Shown here in pieces: positions 43,865 to 53,530 of a DNA stretch of 64,000 nt. The notes beneath the pieces were generated by a model. It was not told the origin of the DNA. It searched no databases and saw only the letters and a program-made list of their open reading frames with translations. Origin of the DNA: Candidatus Woesearchaeota archaeon (lineage in GTDB: Archaea > Nanobdellota > Nanobdellia > Pacearchaeales > GW2011-AR1); assembly GCA_964545065.1 (NCBI GenBank), contig CAZJEO010000002.1:68879-132878 (forward strand), in the 5' to 3' direction. The position numbers and the translations under genes were made by a program. The stretch's first letter is position 1, and each line of letters opens with the position of its first letter.

Positions 43865-45078
43865 AAACATTAATTCTCTTTCTTGATGCATTTAGTTTTT
43901 CTGATTTTAATGAAAGAAATTGTCCTTTTTTGTATAAACTTGCTAAGGAAGAAGTTTACGGACCTCTTGAAATAATCCCTGCAGGATATCATACAGAGTA
44001 TAGCATGCTTTCTGGATGTCTCCCAATAAAACATGGAGTTTGGACTTGGTATTATCTAAAAGCAAATTCTTCATTTTCAAAAATTAAACATATTTTTCCA
44101 TTAGTAAAAATTCTTGAAAAATTAAAACAAAATGAATTGAAAAAGAAAATAATAGATATTTACATTAGTTCTATTCGGTTATTGCAAGGAAAAACAAGAT
44201 TCTTAAGTGTAAATAAAATTCCCATTAATCTCATTAAGAAATTTGAAATTTCTGTTGATAAATCTTATGTTGATCACAATCCGATTTCTGTTCCAACTCT
44301 TTTTGATTTATTGAGAAAAAACAAAAAAAAATATATTGCAATGGACTATCCAACAATCTCAGATTATAAACGAACCTGGTTTTTTACTGGAAAAGATGAT
44401 TTCAAGCAGTTAAAAAAAGTAAATAAATTATTGAAAAAATATCCCTTGGTTTATGCCCATGTTTGGGAATTAGATGCTATTGAGCATAAATTTGGATTAC
44501 ATAGTAAACAAGCTTTAGAGCATATTAAAAAACTCGATGATGCTATTAAAAAAATTGTTCTTTCTCAAAAAGAAAAAACAAGGTTAGTTATTTTTTCAGA
44601 TCATGGGGGTTGTAGTATTGAAAGAACAAAAGATATTCAAAAGATATTCAAAAGATATGATGGGGATTATTTTATTGGTTCAACTAATGCTCATATGTGG
44701 TTAAAAAATCCTGATGAAAAAATTAAAGAGAAACTTAAAAAAGAATTGAAAGAACAGGGTTGTCTAATTTATGACGAAACTAATATTGAAAAAGAATTGA
44801 AAATCCCTTACAAAAGAGAATTTGTTGGAGATATTTTAGCTTTTGCAAAGCCTCATGAACAATTTTATCCTGACTTTTTTAGAGATACTGCAAAAGTGAA
44901 ATCAATGCATGGTTATACAAAAAAAGTTCCTGAATTGGACGGAATATTTATCATGAATGGTTTTGGATTAAAAAAGAAAAAAATTGAAGACATCAAACTC
45001 TATGATATTACACCAACCATCTTAAAAGCAATGGGAATGAAAATTCCTGAAATTTGCGACGGAAAAGCTAAAATATAA
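43861..45078 (+). CDS. Alkaline-phosphatase-superfamily protein (type I phosphodiesterase/nucleotide pyrophosphatase-like)
   Basis: LILFLDAFSF near the N-terminus and VIFSDHGG later, typical metal-ligand motifs of the superfamily. Confidence 0.55.
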   Translation: MKTLILFLDAFSFSDFNERNCPFLYKLAKEEVYGPLEIIPAGYHTEYSMLSGCLPIKHGVWTWYYLKANSSFSKIKHIFPLVKILEKLKQNELKKKIIDIYISSIRLLQGKTRFLSVNKIPINLIKKFEISVDKSYVDHNPISVPTLFDLLRKNKKKYIAMDYPTISDYKRTWFFTGKDDFKQLKKVNKLLKKYPLVYAHVWELDAIEHKFGLHSKQALEHIKKLDDAIKKIVLSQKEKTRLVIFSDHGGCSIERTKDIQKIFKRYDGDYFIGSTNAHMWLKNPDEKIKEKLKKELKEQGCLIYDETNIEKELKIPYKREFVGDILAFAKPHEQFYPDFFRDTAKVKSMHGYTKKVPELDGIFIMNGFGLKKKKIEDIKLYDITPTILKAMGMKIPEICDGKAKI

Positions 45079-45100
45079 AAATTAAAACAGGATATAAAAT

Positions 45101-45151
45101 TAGAATAAAATTTAAAAGCTTCTTTATTAATTTAATAAAATGAAAATAATG
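45101..45151 (+). repeat. Left arm of a 51-nt inverted repeat covering the promoter/5' end of a B12-radical SAM gene
   Basis: TAGAATAAAATTTAAAAGCTTCTTTATTAATTTAATAAAATGAAAATAATG is 50/51 identical to the reverse complement of 50039-50089. Confidence 0.85.
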
Positions 45152-46534
45152 TTAATTCAACCTAACTATAGAAGAATATATGCTTATGTTAAAAATAAAA
45201 ATATTACTCCCATTCATATTCCAATGGGAATTGCATATATTGCTGCTATTTTAGAGAAAAACAATATTGAAGTGGAAATTCTTGAAGCAAATGCCCATGA
45301 TTTAAATCATCAACAAATCAAAAAAGCCATAGAAAAATACAACCCCTCTATTGTGGGAATAACTTCAACAACTTCCTTGATTGAAGAAGCGAGCGAAATT
45401 GCGGAGCTGTGCGATAAAAAGATTTGTGTTGTAATTGGGGGAATACACGCAAGTTCCATGCCTGTTGACACCCTGAAGGAATTTGAAAGGTTTGATATTT
45501 TAACTCAGGGTGAAGGAGAATTTAGTTTTTTAGAAATTGCGCTGGGAAAACCTCTATCTAAAATTAAGGGGGTGTATTACAGAAAAAATAAAAAAATTAT
45601 TGCCAATGAACCAAGAGAACTAATAAAAGACTTAGATATTCTTCCTTTTCCTGCTAGGCATTTACTACCGATGGATAAATATTTTAGCGCAGGAGCAAAA
45701 GAAAAACCCATAGATTATATTTTAAGCTCAAGAGGATGCCCTTATGGTTGTTTATTTTGTGCAGATCATCTAGTTCATGGGAAGAAATTTAGGTATAGAA
45801 GTCCCGAAAATATAGTCAAGGAAATTGAAGAATTAAGAGATAGGGGGGTTAGAGATTTTAATTTTTTAGATGATAATTTTACTCTTTTAATTGATAGGGC
45901 TGATAAAATCTGTGACTTAATAATTAAAAAAGGGCTAAATAAAGATATGATTTGGAGGTGCACAAATGGTATAAGAGTTGATAAAGTTAGTTTAGAGCTT
46001 TTAAGGAAGATGAAAAAAGCAGGTTGTTATCTTATTGCTTTGGGAATTGAATCTGGAAATGAAGAAATTTTAAAGAAAATGAAAAAAAATATTGATCTTA
46101 AAAAGGTAAGAATGGCCGTGGAGTTTTGTAACAAAGTGGGAATAGAAACAAAAGGATTATTTATGCTGGGAAATCTTGGGGAAAATGAAAAGACGATGCA
46201 AGATACAATTGACTTCGCTAAAAGCCTAAATTTGGATACTGCAACATTTAGTATAACTACTCCTTATCCGAATACAGATTATTGGAAAATTATCAAACAG
46301 GAAGGAGAAATTTTCCCAAAAAAATTTAGAGATTATATCACGTATGGGAATGTGATTTTCAAACACGGTGAATTAAATGAAGATATCTTGGTTAAGATGC
46401 AAAAGAAAGCATATAGAGAATTTTATTTGCGTCCTACAATTTTTTTAAAAGCCGCAAAGAGAATGAAAAATCTAAAACAAACTAAACTATATGTTAGTGC
46501 TGTCCTTAGTTTTATGGGATTAAATAAAAAATGA
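45140..46534 (+). CDS. B12-binding-domain radical SAM protein (paralogue 2)
   Basis: MKIMLIQPN start, CPYGCLFC (CxxxCxxC) and ELIKDLDILPFPARHLL shared with paralogue 3. Confidence 0.75.
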   Translation: MKIMLIQPNYRRIYAYVKNKNITPIHIPMGIAYIAAILEKNNIEVEILEANAHDLNHQQIKKAIEKYNPSIVGITSTTSLIEEASEIAELCDKKICVVIGGIHASSMPVDTLKEFERFDILTQGEGEFSFLEIALGKPLSKIKGVYYRKNKKIIANEPRELIKDLDILPFPARHLLPMDKYFSAGAKEKPIDYILSSRGCPYGCLFCADHLVHGKKFRYRSPENIVKEIEELRDRGVRDFNFLDDNFTLLIDRADKICDLIIKKGLNKDMIWRCTNGIRVDKVSLELLRKMKKAGCYLIALGIESGNEEILKKMKKNIDLKKVRMAVEFCNKVGIETKGLFMLGNLGENEKTMQDTIDFAKSLNLDTATFSITTPYPNTDYWKIIKQEGEIFPKKFRDYITYGNVIFKHGELNEDILVKMQKKAYREFYLRPTIFLKAAKRMKNLKQTKLYVSAVLSFMGLNKK

Positions 46535-47064
46535 AATATGAAAGCAGTGCTTATCATACGGTGTTGCATAAAAATCCTTTAATAAAAACCTTTTTTAGAT
46601 TGAAATTTAAAGAGATTATTAAACTTGCAAATCTAAAAAAAACAGATCTTATATTAGATTTTGGGTGTGGGGATTGCTGGTTGAAACAAATTCTCCCAGA
46701 ATATAAAATCATTGGTTATGATTTAAATCCTAAACAGACAGAGATTGAGGATTATACTAAATTAAAACCAGATAAAATCTTTGTGATAGATGTTTTTGAA
46801 CACATTCCAAAAGAAGAAATAGAAAAAATTTTAAAAAATTTTAAAAAAATGAATCCTGATTTTGAATTAATAACTTCTATTCCTACTGAAAACCTGATTT
46901 CCAGAAAGGTGAGAAGACTGGTTGGAAAACGCGAGAGAGCCCCAGATCATATAACTCCCCTAAAACAAATATGGCCAATTCTAAAATCTGAATTAAAATT
47001 AATTAAAAAAATAAATTTTTTAACCATTGGCTGGCTTGCAAAATTTAAGAACATGCCCAACTAA
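46531..47064 (+). CDS. Class I SAM-dependent methyltransferase
   Basis: ILDFGCGDC motif I. ATGA overlap with the upstream radical SAM gene. Confidence 0.6.
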   Translation: MKYESSAYHTVLHKNPLIKTFFRLKFKEIIKLANLKKTDLILDFGCGDCWLKQILPEYKIIGYDLNPKQTEIEDYTKLKPDKIFVIDVFEHIPKEEIEKILKNFKKMNPDFELITSIPTENLISRKVRRLVGKRERAPDHITPLKQIWPILKSELKLIKKINFLTIGWLAKFKNMPN

Positions 47065-47157
47065 CTGGAATTATCAAATGAGTACGAATAATTTTATAAA
47101 GAATATTTCTATTGTAATTATCTTGATTAAACAATATATTGTTTATGAAAAGTTAAA

Positions 47158-48540
47158 ATGAAAATAATGTTAATTTCTCCACCAAATATTTTAAATGGGA
47201 ACACCCGAGAAGAATCTAATTTTGAAAATAGAATAACCCCGTTAGATTTAGCGATTATTGGTGCAGTTTTAGAAAAAAAACATCAAGTGGAAATTTTAGA
47301 TGCCCTAGCTTTAGGATTAAATAAGGAAGAAATATTAAAAAATATTGAGCGGTTTGATCCAGACTTAATTTGTTTAACTGCCTTCGATAGGTGCAGATGG
47401 GGGGTGGATATTGCGAACGAATTGAGTAAATATATTGAACATAGAAATAAAAAACTGGGATTAATTTGGAGTTATAAACCAGAATTTATGATATCTATGA
47501 TGGAGAATAATCGAAGTATTGATTTTTCAATTTATGGAGATCCTGAATACACCTTATTAGAATTAGCAGATAAAAATAGTTTTAAGGATATTGAAGGAGT
47601 AATTTACAGGGAAGGAGAGAACATAATTAAGAATAATCCCCGAGAATTAATTAAAGATTTAGATATATTACCCTTCCCTGCTCGGCACTTATTAAACCTA
47701 AATACTTACAAAAGACTTCCACATGAACTTATGAAAGAACCAAATTTTGATGTGTTGGCCAGTCGAGGATGCCCTTACAATTGTATTTTTTGTTTATTGA
47801 AGATAGTTGGGGGGAAGATATGGAGAACAAGAAGCCCAAATAAGGTAATCGAGGAAATAAAAATGTTGAAAGAACAAGGGGCAAGACAAATACATTTCCA
47901 TGATTTAACATTCACGTTAGACCGGGAATGGACAATCGAATTATGTAATTTATTGATTAAGGAGAATTTGGGATTGGTCTGGACCTGTCAGACGAGAGTA
48001 GACAAAGTTGATTCAGATTTATTAAAGCTTATGAAAAAAGCAGGGTGTCGTTCAATTTTGTATGGCATTGAATCCTTAGACCAAGAAGCTTTAGACAAAA
48101 TAAAGAAAGGTGTTAAAAGGTCGGATATAGAGAAAGCAATTACGATGACAAAAAAACAAGGGATAGAATCACGATGTAGTTTAATGATTGGATTACCCGG
48201 AGAAACTAAAGAATCTGTTTTTAAAACAATTGATTTATTAATTAAACTTAATCCTTCTTTTATTCAGGTCCATACTACAATGGCTTTTCCAGGAACAGAA
48301 CTTTATGAAAATAGCAGTGAATATGGAAAAATCATAGAAGGTAAAACAATAAAAAAATATGATTTAAGCGGCCATCCTTTTATTCCAAAAGCATATCAAA
48401 ATGAAGAAGAGATTTTAGAAATACAAAAAGCAGCTTATAAGAAATTTTATTTTAGACCAAAATATATTTTAGGAAAGGTGTTGAACATAAAACAATTATC
48501 CAGAAACTGGAGAGGGTTAAAGATCTTTTCCAAAATGTAG
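47158..48540 (+). CDS. B12-binding-domain radical SAM protein (paralogue 3)
   Basis: MKIMLISPPN start and CPYNCIFC motif. Confidence 0.75.
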   Translation: MKIMLISPPNILNGNTREESNFENRITPLDLAIIGAVLEKKHQVEILDALALGLNKEEILKNIERFDPDLICLTAFDRCRWGVDIANELSKYIEHRNKKLGLIWSYKPEFMISMMENNRSIDFSIYGDPEYTLLELADKNSFKDIEGVIYREGENIIKNNPRELIKDLDILPFPARHLLNLNTYKRLPHELMKEPNFDVLASRGCPYNCIFCLLKIVGGKIWRTRSPNKVIEEIKMLKEQGARQIHFHDLTFTLDREWTIELCNLLIKENLGLVWTCQTRVDKVDSDLLKLMKKAGCRSILYGIESLDQEALDKIKKGVKRSDIEKAITMTKKQGIESRCSLMIGLPGETKESVFKTIDLLIKLNPSFIQVHTTMAFPGTELYENSSEYGKIIEGKTIKKYDLSGHPFIPKAYQNEEEILEIQKAAYKKFYFRPKYILGKVLNIKQLSRNWRGLKIFSKM

Positions 48541-48556
48541 AAAGATTTACCTGTTT

Positions 48557-50050
48557 TTAGGAAGAATTAGGATTGATAATCCCCTTATCTGCAACGTTCT
48601 CTTTTTCCAGTTCCTTTGAAATTTTTTCCAAATTATATTTGTTTATTGTAAATCTCCAAACATGGTCAATCGTAAGCTTATACAATTGTTTGTAATATAA
48701 GAAGATAAGTAAATCCAAGATGAATCTGAGATGTTTCATTTTCCAACCCTTTAAAAAATATTTTTTTATTTGATACTTTCTTATTTTGTTTACAAACTTT
48801 TGTAGCTCCTTTCTTGAAATATATTTTGTTCTCACGACCGGTTTGCAAAACATATCCGAAAAGTTTTCAAAACTATCTTTTTCAATTAAATTTTCTTTCA
48901 CACACATCTTTCTAATATCTGTTTCTGGGAGGGGGACTAAGATAGGAAATAGGGTATATTCTGCGTCATGCTTTTTTGCCATAGCAAAACTTTCTTCCAT
49001 AGTCTCAATAGTATCATAAGGACTTCCCAAAATAAAAGTCAATCTTAACTGCAATCCATTCCTTTTTATTATATCAATCGCATTAGAAAGTTGTTCCTTT
49101 GTCAAATTTCTTTTATAAATTTCATTTCTTATATAATCATTTCCTGCTTCGTATCCCATTCGCACTTCGTAACACCCAGCATCCCTCATAGCTTTGATAA
49201 TTTCTTCTGTAACTAAGTCTGCTCTAACATTAACTTCCCATTTTATTTTTTTATCAAATCCTCTTTTTTTATATTCTTCACAGAATTTAAGAATAAATTT
49301 TCTATCAAGTATGAATGTATCATCGTAAAAGAATAAAAATCTAAATCCTTCTTTGTAATAAAGTTTTATGTTCAATTCTATTTCTTCCATGATATTCTCA
49401 ACGCTTCTAAACCGGACATATTTTCCATTTAATTTTTTCTTTAAAGCATGGTTACTGCAATAAGTACAATTATAAGGGCATCCTCTAGAAGCCATTATTG
49501 GAAGATGATTGTCATTGATTAAGAAATATTTTTTTAAATCAAAACTATCCCATTCTGGAAATGCACGACCATCCAAATCTTCTACTAGTTTTTTTTGAGG
49601 ATTTTTTATTATTTCCCCGTCTTTCTTATACCAAATTCCTTGTATGTTTTTACAGTTAAGAGAATTATCCATAAGTTTTTCCAATGTTTCTTCCCCTTCC
49701 CCAATACATACCATATCCACTTCTTTATTTTTGATAACTTCTTCTGGAGAAAGAATACAATGAATTCCCCCAAAAATGATTTTAATATCAAAATTATCTT
49801 TAATGAATTTTGCAATCGTTAGTGCTTGGGTGTAATTAAAACTTAAGACAGACATTCCAATCAAGGCAGGATTATACTTTTTGATCCTGTTCAACAAACT
49901 CTGTTTCCAATCTTTCTTGTGGAATGCCAAATCAACGATATCTGCTTCATGATTTGTCTTTTTATTTAAATATCCCTTTAAAACTCCCAAGGACATCGTA
50001 GGGAATATTGCATACCCTTCTATATTCGGCTCAATCAGCATTATTTTCAT
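48557..50050 (-). CDS. B12-binding-domain radical SAM protein (paralogue 4)
   Basis: MKIMLIEPN start and CPYNCTYC motif. Confidence 0.75.
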   Translation of the reverse strand: MKIMLIEPNIEGYAIFPTMSLGVLKGYLNKKTNHEADIVDLAFHKKDWKQSLLNRIKKYNPALIGMSVLSFNYTQALTIAKFIKDNFDIKIIFGGIHCILSPEEVIKNKEVDMVCIGEGEETLEKLMDNSLNCKNIQGIWYKKDGEIIKNPQKKLVEDLDGRAFPEWDSFDLKKYFLINDNHLPIMASRGCPYNCTYCSNHALKKKLNGKYVRFRSVENIMEEIELNIKLYYKEGFRFLFFYDDTFILDRKFILKFCEEYKKRGFDKKIKWEVNVRADLVTEEIIKAMRDAGCYEVRMGYEAGNDYIRNEIYKRNLTKEQLSNAIDIIKRNGLQLRLTFILGSPYDTIETMEESFAMAKKHDAEYTLFPILVPLPETDIRKMCVKENLIEKDSFENFSDMFCKPVVRTKYISRKELQKFVNKIRKYQIKKYFLKGWKMKHLRFILDLLIFLYYKQLYKLTIDHVWRFTINKYNLEKISKELEKENVADKGIINPNSS

Positions 50051-50089
50051 TTTATTAAATTAATAAGGAAGCTTTTAAATTTTATTCTA
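50039..50089 (-). repeat. Right arm of the 51-nt inverted repeat (promoter/5' end of paralogue 4)
   Basis: Its reverse complement matches 45101-45151 with one mismatch. Confidence 0.85.
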
Positions 50090-51644
50090 CTCTATTCCAA
50101 TCTTGATTTTCATATATGATTAATAGAGGCTGACCTTCTGGTGAAGGGTATACTTTAACAGGAACCCAAGTTTCATTATGTATTTGAGGATATTGTAATA
50201 GCCATGGTGGGTGAGGCTCAAACATTGATAAAACTAAGTATCTTGGTTCTAATTCTTTCAGTCCTTCTTCAAAAAAAGATTCATTTCCCCATAATCCATC
50301 AATATTTCTCTCGGCATAATAAACGAGCTGTGGTTGAGACCTACTTATAATCATATCTTCTGGATTGGAATTCTCTTTTAACCATAAGCCTGCTTGTTTT
50401 ACTTCTAAATAAGAAGATTTTTTCGATTCTATTAATTCGTTTGCCCACAAAATATTTGAAACAAGGAGCACAACCATCACAAGACAAAGTGCAAAAATTA
50501 AAAATTTCTTATTCAATTTCAATTGTTTAAACACAAAGGTTACTATTTTTAAAACGCCTGCAGATACTATTAAAAATAGAAATGGGAGTGTGGGCATAAT
50601 GTATCTCTGTTCAATATAACTATCAGCAGCCATATAGCTTAAAATTAAAAAAGGTATTACAATCCATAAAAAGACAAAGAATTTTTTTTGGATATTTTTA
50701 TTTTTGAAAATTTTATCAAAACCCAGAAAAAGATTAATAAAAAAACAAAAGACTCCGATTAAAAAGGCTACAAAAACAGACTTTGATAAAATATAAGGTA
50801 AATCACGAAAATAATCATCTAATTTGGGAAGAAATGGCTCCACTGCTCCTGCTTCTGATGTGCTTGCTGTACCTCCTATTTTAAAATAATATTGGCCTAT
50901 ATCAACTAGTGGATTGCCATAATGATTCCCATAACTAATAAAAAATGGCAACAACATTAATAAAAATATTCCAAGACAAATCCACAATTGTTTATTCTTA
51001 AAAAATTTGAATTTCTCTTTGATAAAGAAATAAATTAGAAATATTGGGGCGAACATCAAATACTGCATCCTTGTTAAACATGCTATGGCATAAAAGACAG
51101 CAAATAAATAGAGAAATTTATTCCCTTGCTTTAATTCATAACCTTTCCAAAAAAACAAAAGAGATAATAGAAGGAAAAAACTTGCAGGAATTGAATTCAT
51201 AGGTCTTCCAACAAAAAATAACATAATCCAAGAAAAGGTTACTCCGATGCTGGTTAATAATGCTAATTTTTTATTAAACATGTCTTTTATTAAAAAATAA
51301 GAAATAGCGACGGTTCCTGTTGCAAATAAAACTTCTGTAAATCTTATTGCAATCTCTCCTAGCCTTATCTTAAAAAAGAAGGCACTAAATACTGGCCAGA
51401 AAAATCCTCTTCTGTAATACCATATGTCGTTTAAATTTAGACCAAGTCCCCAGTTCTTTGCAGTAGCCAAATAATTTGCAGCATCTTGCCACACAGGTTG
51501 ATTCATTGTTTTTAAGAAAATAATAAAACGTAATATGAAAGCGATAATTAAAACCGCTATAAACACCTTGTCATAATTTCCTTTTACCCATCCAAAAAGC
51601 TTATCTTTAATCCAATCTTTTCTTTTTTTAATGTCCTCTTCCAT
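50082..51644 (-). CDS. GT-C fold glycosyltransferase (GT39/ArnT/PMT-like)
   Basis: ~12 TM N-terminal region plus a soluble C-terminal domain. General resemblance to dolichyl/undecaprenyl-phosphate-sugar dependent transferases. Confidence 0.5.
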   Translation of the reverse strand: MEEDIKKRKDWIKDKLFGWVKGNYDKVFIAVLIIAFILRFIIFLKTMNQPVWQDAANYLATAKNWGLGLNLNDIWYYRRGFFWPVFSAFFFKIRLGEIAIRFTEVLFATGTVAISYFLIKDMFNKKLALLTSIGVTFSWIMLFFVGRPMNSIPASFFLLLSLLFFWKGYELKQGNKFLYLFAVFYAIACLTRMQYLMFAPIFLIYFFIKEKFKFFKNKQLWICLGIFLLMLLPFFISYGNHYGNPLVDIGQYYFKIGGTASTSEAGAVEPFLPKLDDYFRDLPYILSKSVFVAFLIGVFCFFINLFLGFDKIFKNKNIQKKFFVFLWIVIPFLILSYMAADSYIEQRYIMPTLPFLFLIVSAGVLKIVTFVFKQLKLNKKFLIFALCLVMVVLLVSNILWANELIESKKSSYLEVKQAGLWLKENSNPEDMIISRSQPQLVYYAERNIDGLWGNESFFEEGLKELEPRYLVLSMFEPHPPWLLQYPQIHNETWVPVKVYPSPEGQPLLIIYENQDWNRVE

Positions 51645-51653
51645 AATTAATCA

Positions 51654-52226
51654 TTAGAATAATTGATTTTTATTTGTTTGTGTCTTTTTTATTATATAAC
51701 TTGCTGCTTCGATTAAATCTTTCGCCACAAAATCTGCTTCTTTCACAGGTTCCTTAAATTCTCCTGTTAAAACATGAATTGTTTTACATCCTGCAGAATT
51801 TCCTGCTTGAATGTCAGAAAGATTATCTCCAATCACCCAACTTTGAGATAGATCTAGATTAAAATCCTCTGCAGCTTGGTCTAACATTCCTGTTTTTGGT
51901 TTTCTGCAATTGCAATTTATTCTATATTCTCCAACCCCTTTTTCTGGATGATGGGGGCAAAAATATTCTCCTGTTATGAAAATTTCTTGTTGACCCAATC
52001 TTTTGTTCATCTCTTTTTTAAACGTAAAATAGTCTTCTGGGCCATACATCCCTCTGCCAATTCCTGCCTGATTTGTAATAATGACTAATTTATAATCTGT
52101 TCCTTGTAATTCTCTTAATCCTTCTACAGCTCCTTGAACAAACTCTAAATCTTCAATTCTATGTATATTATCTCCTGCCAAAGTAACAGTTCCATCTCTA
52201 TCTAAAAAAATTGCTCTATTTTTCAT
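51654..52226 (-). CDS. gmhB: D-glycero-D-manno-heptose 1,7-bisphosphate phosphatase (GmhB, HAD family)
   Basis: FLDRDGT (DxDxT) plus the Zn-binding CPHHP...CNCRKPKTGM signature of GmhB/histidinol-phosphatase-like HADs. Confidence 0.8.
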   Translation of the reverse strand: MKNRAIFLDRDGTVTLAGDNIHRIEDLEFVQGAVEGLRELQGTDYKLVIITNQAGIGRGMYGPEDYFTFKKEMNKRLGQQEIFITGEYFCPHHPEKGVGEYRINCNCRKPKTGMLDQAAEDFNLDLSQSWVIGDNLSDIQAGNSAGCKTIHVLTGEFKEPVKEADFVAKDLIEAASYIIKKTQTNKNQLF

Positions 52227-52329
52227 TGGAAAGATAAATTAAAAACGTTTATAAATTTAATTGCGAAAAATTGTATAATTAGAATCTTAACATACAAATC
52301 CTTAAAAGCATTCAGCTATCCGTTTTAAA

Positions 52330-53100
52330 ATGTCTGAAATACTTGAATTTGAAATAAATTATGCAAGAGCTTATAAAACTGGAGACAATCTTGTAGTTCA
52401 ACTCGTTTATCCTGCTGTAAAAAAACAGTTAACTCAAAGATTAGCTGCAAATCCTGAATTTGGTTCAAGGGTCTTAGATAATTTGATTGCAAAAGGCGAG
52501 GCAATCATTGCAGATAAAGACCACCCATTCAAACCTGCTGGAGGAGGTTCCTTGTATGTCACAAAGGATAATAAGGTAATTTGTCATAGAAGAGATGCGG
52601 GGGCAGGATTTCATCCAATGCATCATTCTGCTTATGGAGGTTTTCCTGATTCTGATGAGGGTGTTTCAAGTGCTCAAGGAATAAGAGATACAGCATTAAG
52701 AGAAACAGGGGAAGAATGTATTTTAATAACAAGAGAGAAACCCCATAGAATTTATGTTCCGAGAGACACAAAAGAATATACAGAACGGGCAGCTAAAAGG
52801 CTTGGATTGGATTTAAAACCAGAATATATAGACGTAGAAACTCTTCTTGGAACAGATACATTAGAAGTTTATAATGAAAAAGGGAGGCTTTTATTTAAAA
52901 CAAAAGCTCTTCTTGGTATGATTTGGGATTCTTCTACAACTTTTGACGCACTTTTTTTAAGACGATTGCCTCTTTTTTCAGAAGAAATTTTACCAATAGA
53001 TGCGGAAGGCATGACAAAAAATGATGGCAGATTCATACATTTTAACAGAGAATCTTATATAATTTCATTAGATGATTTAAGAGGGAAAAAAACCTTTTGA
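52330..53100 (+). CDS. Hypothetical protein with an atypical Nudix-like box
   Basis: GGFPDSDE-x13-RETGEEC resembles Gx5Ex7REUxEExGU, but with a longer spacer. Confidence 0.35.
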   Translation: MSEILEFEINYARAYKTGDNLVVQLVYPAVKKQLTQRLAANPEFGSRVLDNLIAKGEAIIADKDHPFKPAGGGSLYVTKDNKVICHRRDAGAGFHPMHHSAYGGFPDSDEGVSSAQGIRDTALRETGEECILITREKPHRIYVPRDTKEYTERAAKRLGLDLKPEYIDVETLLGTDTLEVYNEKGRLLFKTKALLGMIWDSSTTFDALFLRRLPLFSEEILPIDAEGMTKNDGRFIHFNRESYIISLDDLRGKKTF

Positions 53101-53116
53101 AAGTGTTCTTGAAAAT

Positions 53117-53392
53117 GTGGAAGTTTATCAAACAAGAATTGTTGAGGGAATTCCACAAGTGTTCACGCCAGAATATCATGCTCCTTTCGAAGGTCCGGAA
53201 ACAATCAAAGTAGAGAATCCTGTTCAAGTAATTCATCCGCATGTTTGGGCTCCTGAAACTCACCTAACTGTCTGTTTAGATGCTCTGGGGGTTGAAGGAT
53301 TCAAAGGAAGAAAACTTGAAATTCAATTGAAGAAAGAAAGATGTGTTCTTGAAGGAAGGAAACTTGTTCCAGAATCAATGATTTCTAAATAA
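53117..53392 (+). CDS. Hypothetical protein (91 aa); possibly the 3' part of the upstream gene
   Basis: GTG-start ORF. Its frame is open back to 53081, so it overlaps the end of 52330-53100 across an A7 run. Confidence 0.3.
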   Translation: MEVYQTRIVEGIPQVFTPEYHAPFEGPETIKVENPVQVIHPHVWAPETHLTVCLDALGVEGFKGRKLEIQLKKERCVLEGRKLVPESMISK

Positions 53393-53530
53393 TTTCTTTA
53401 GAACTATTTTGCTTCTCGGCTAAATCTTTCAAGAGAAAACATTTGAATGTTTCAAACCAAAATACATATTTAGGTTACATAATCTTTTTAAAGATTAGCT
53501 GATTTTGTCCATCATCTTCGAGGTATTAAA

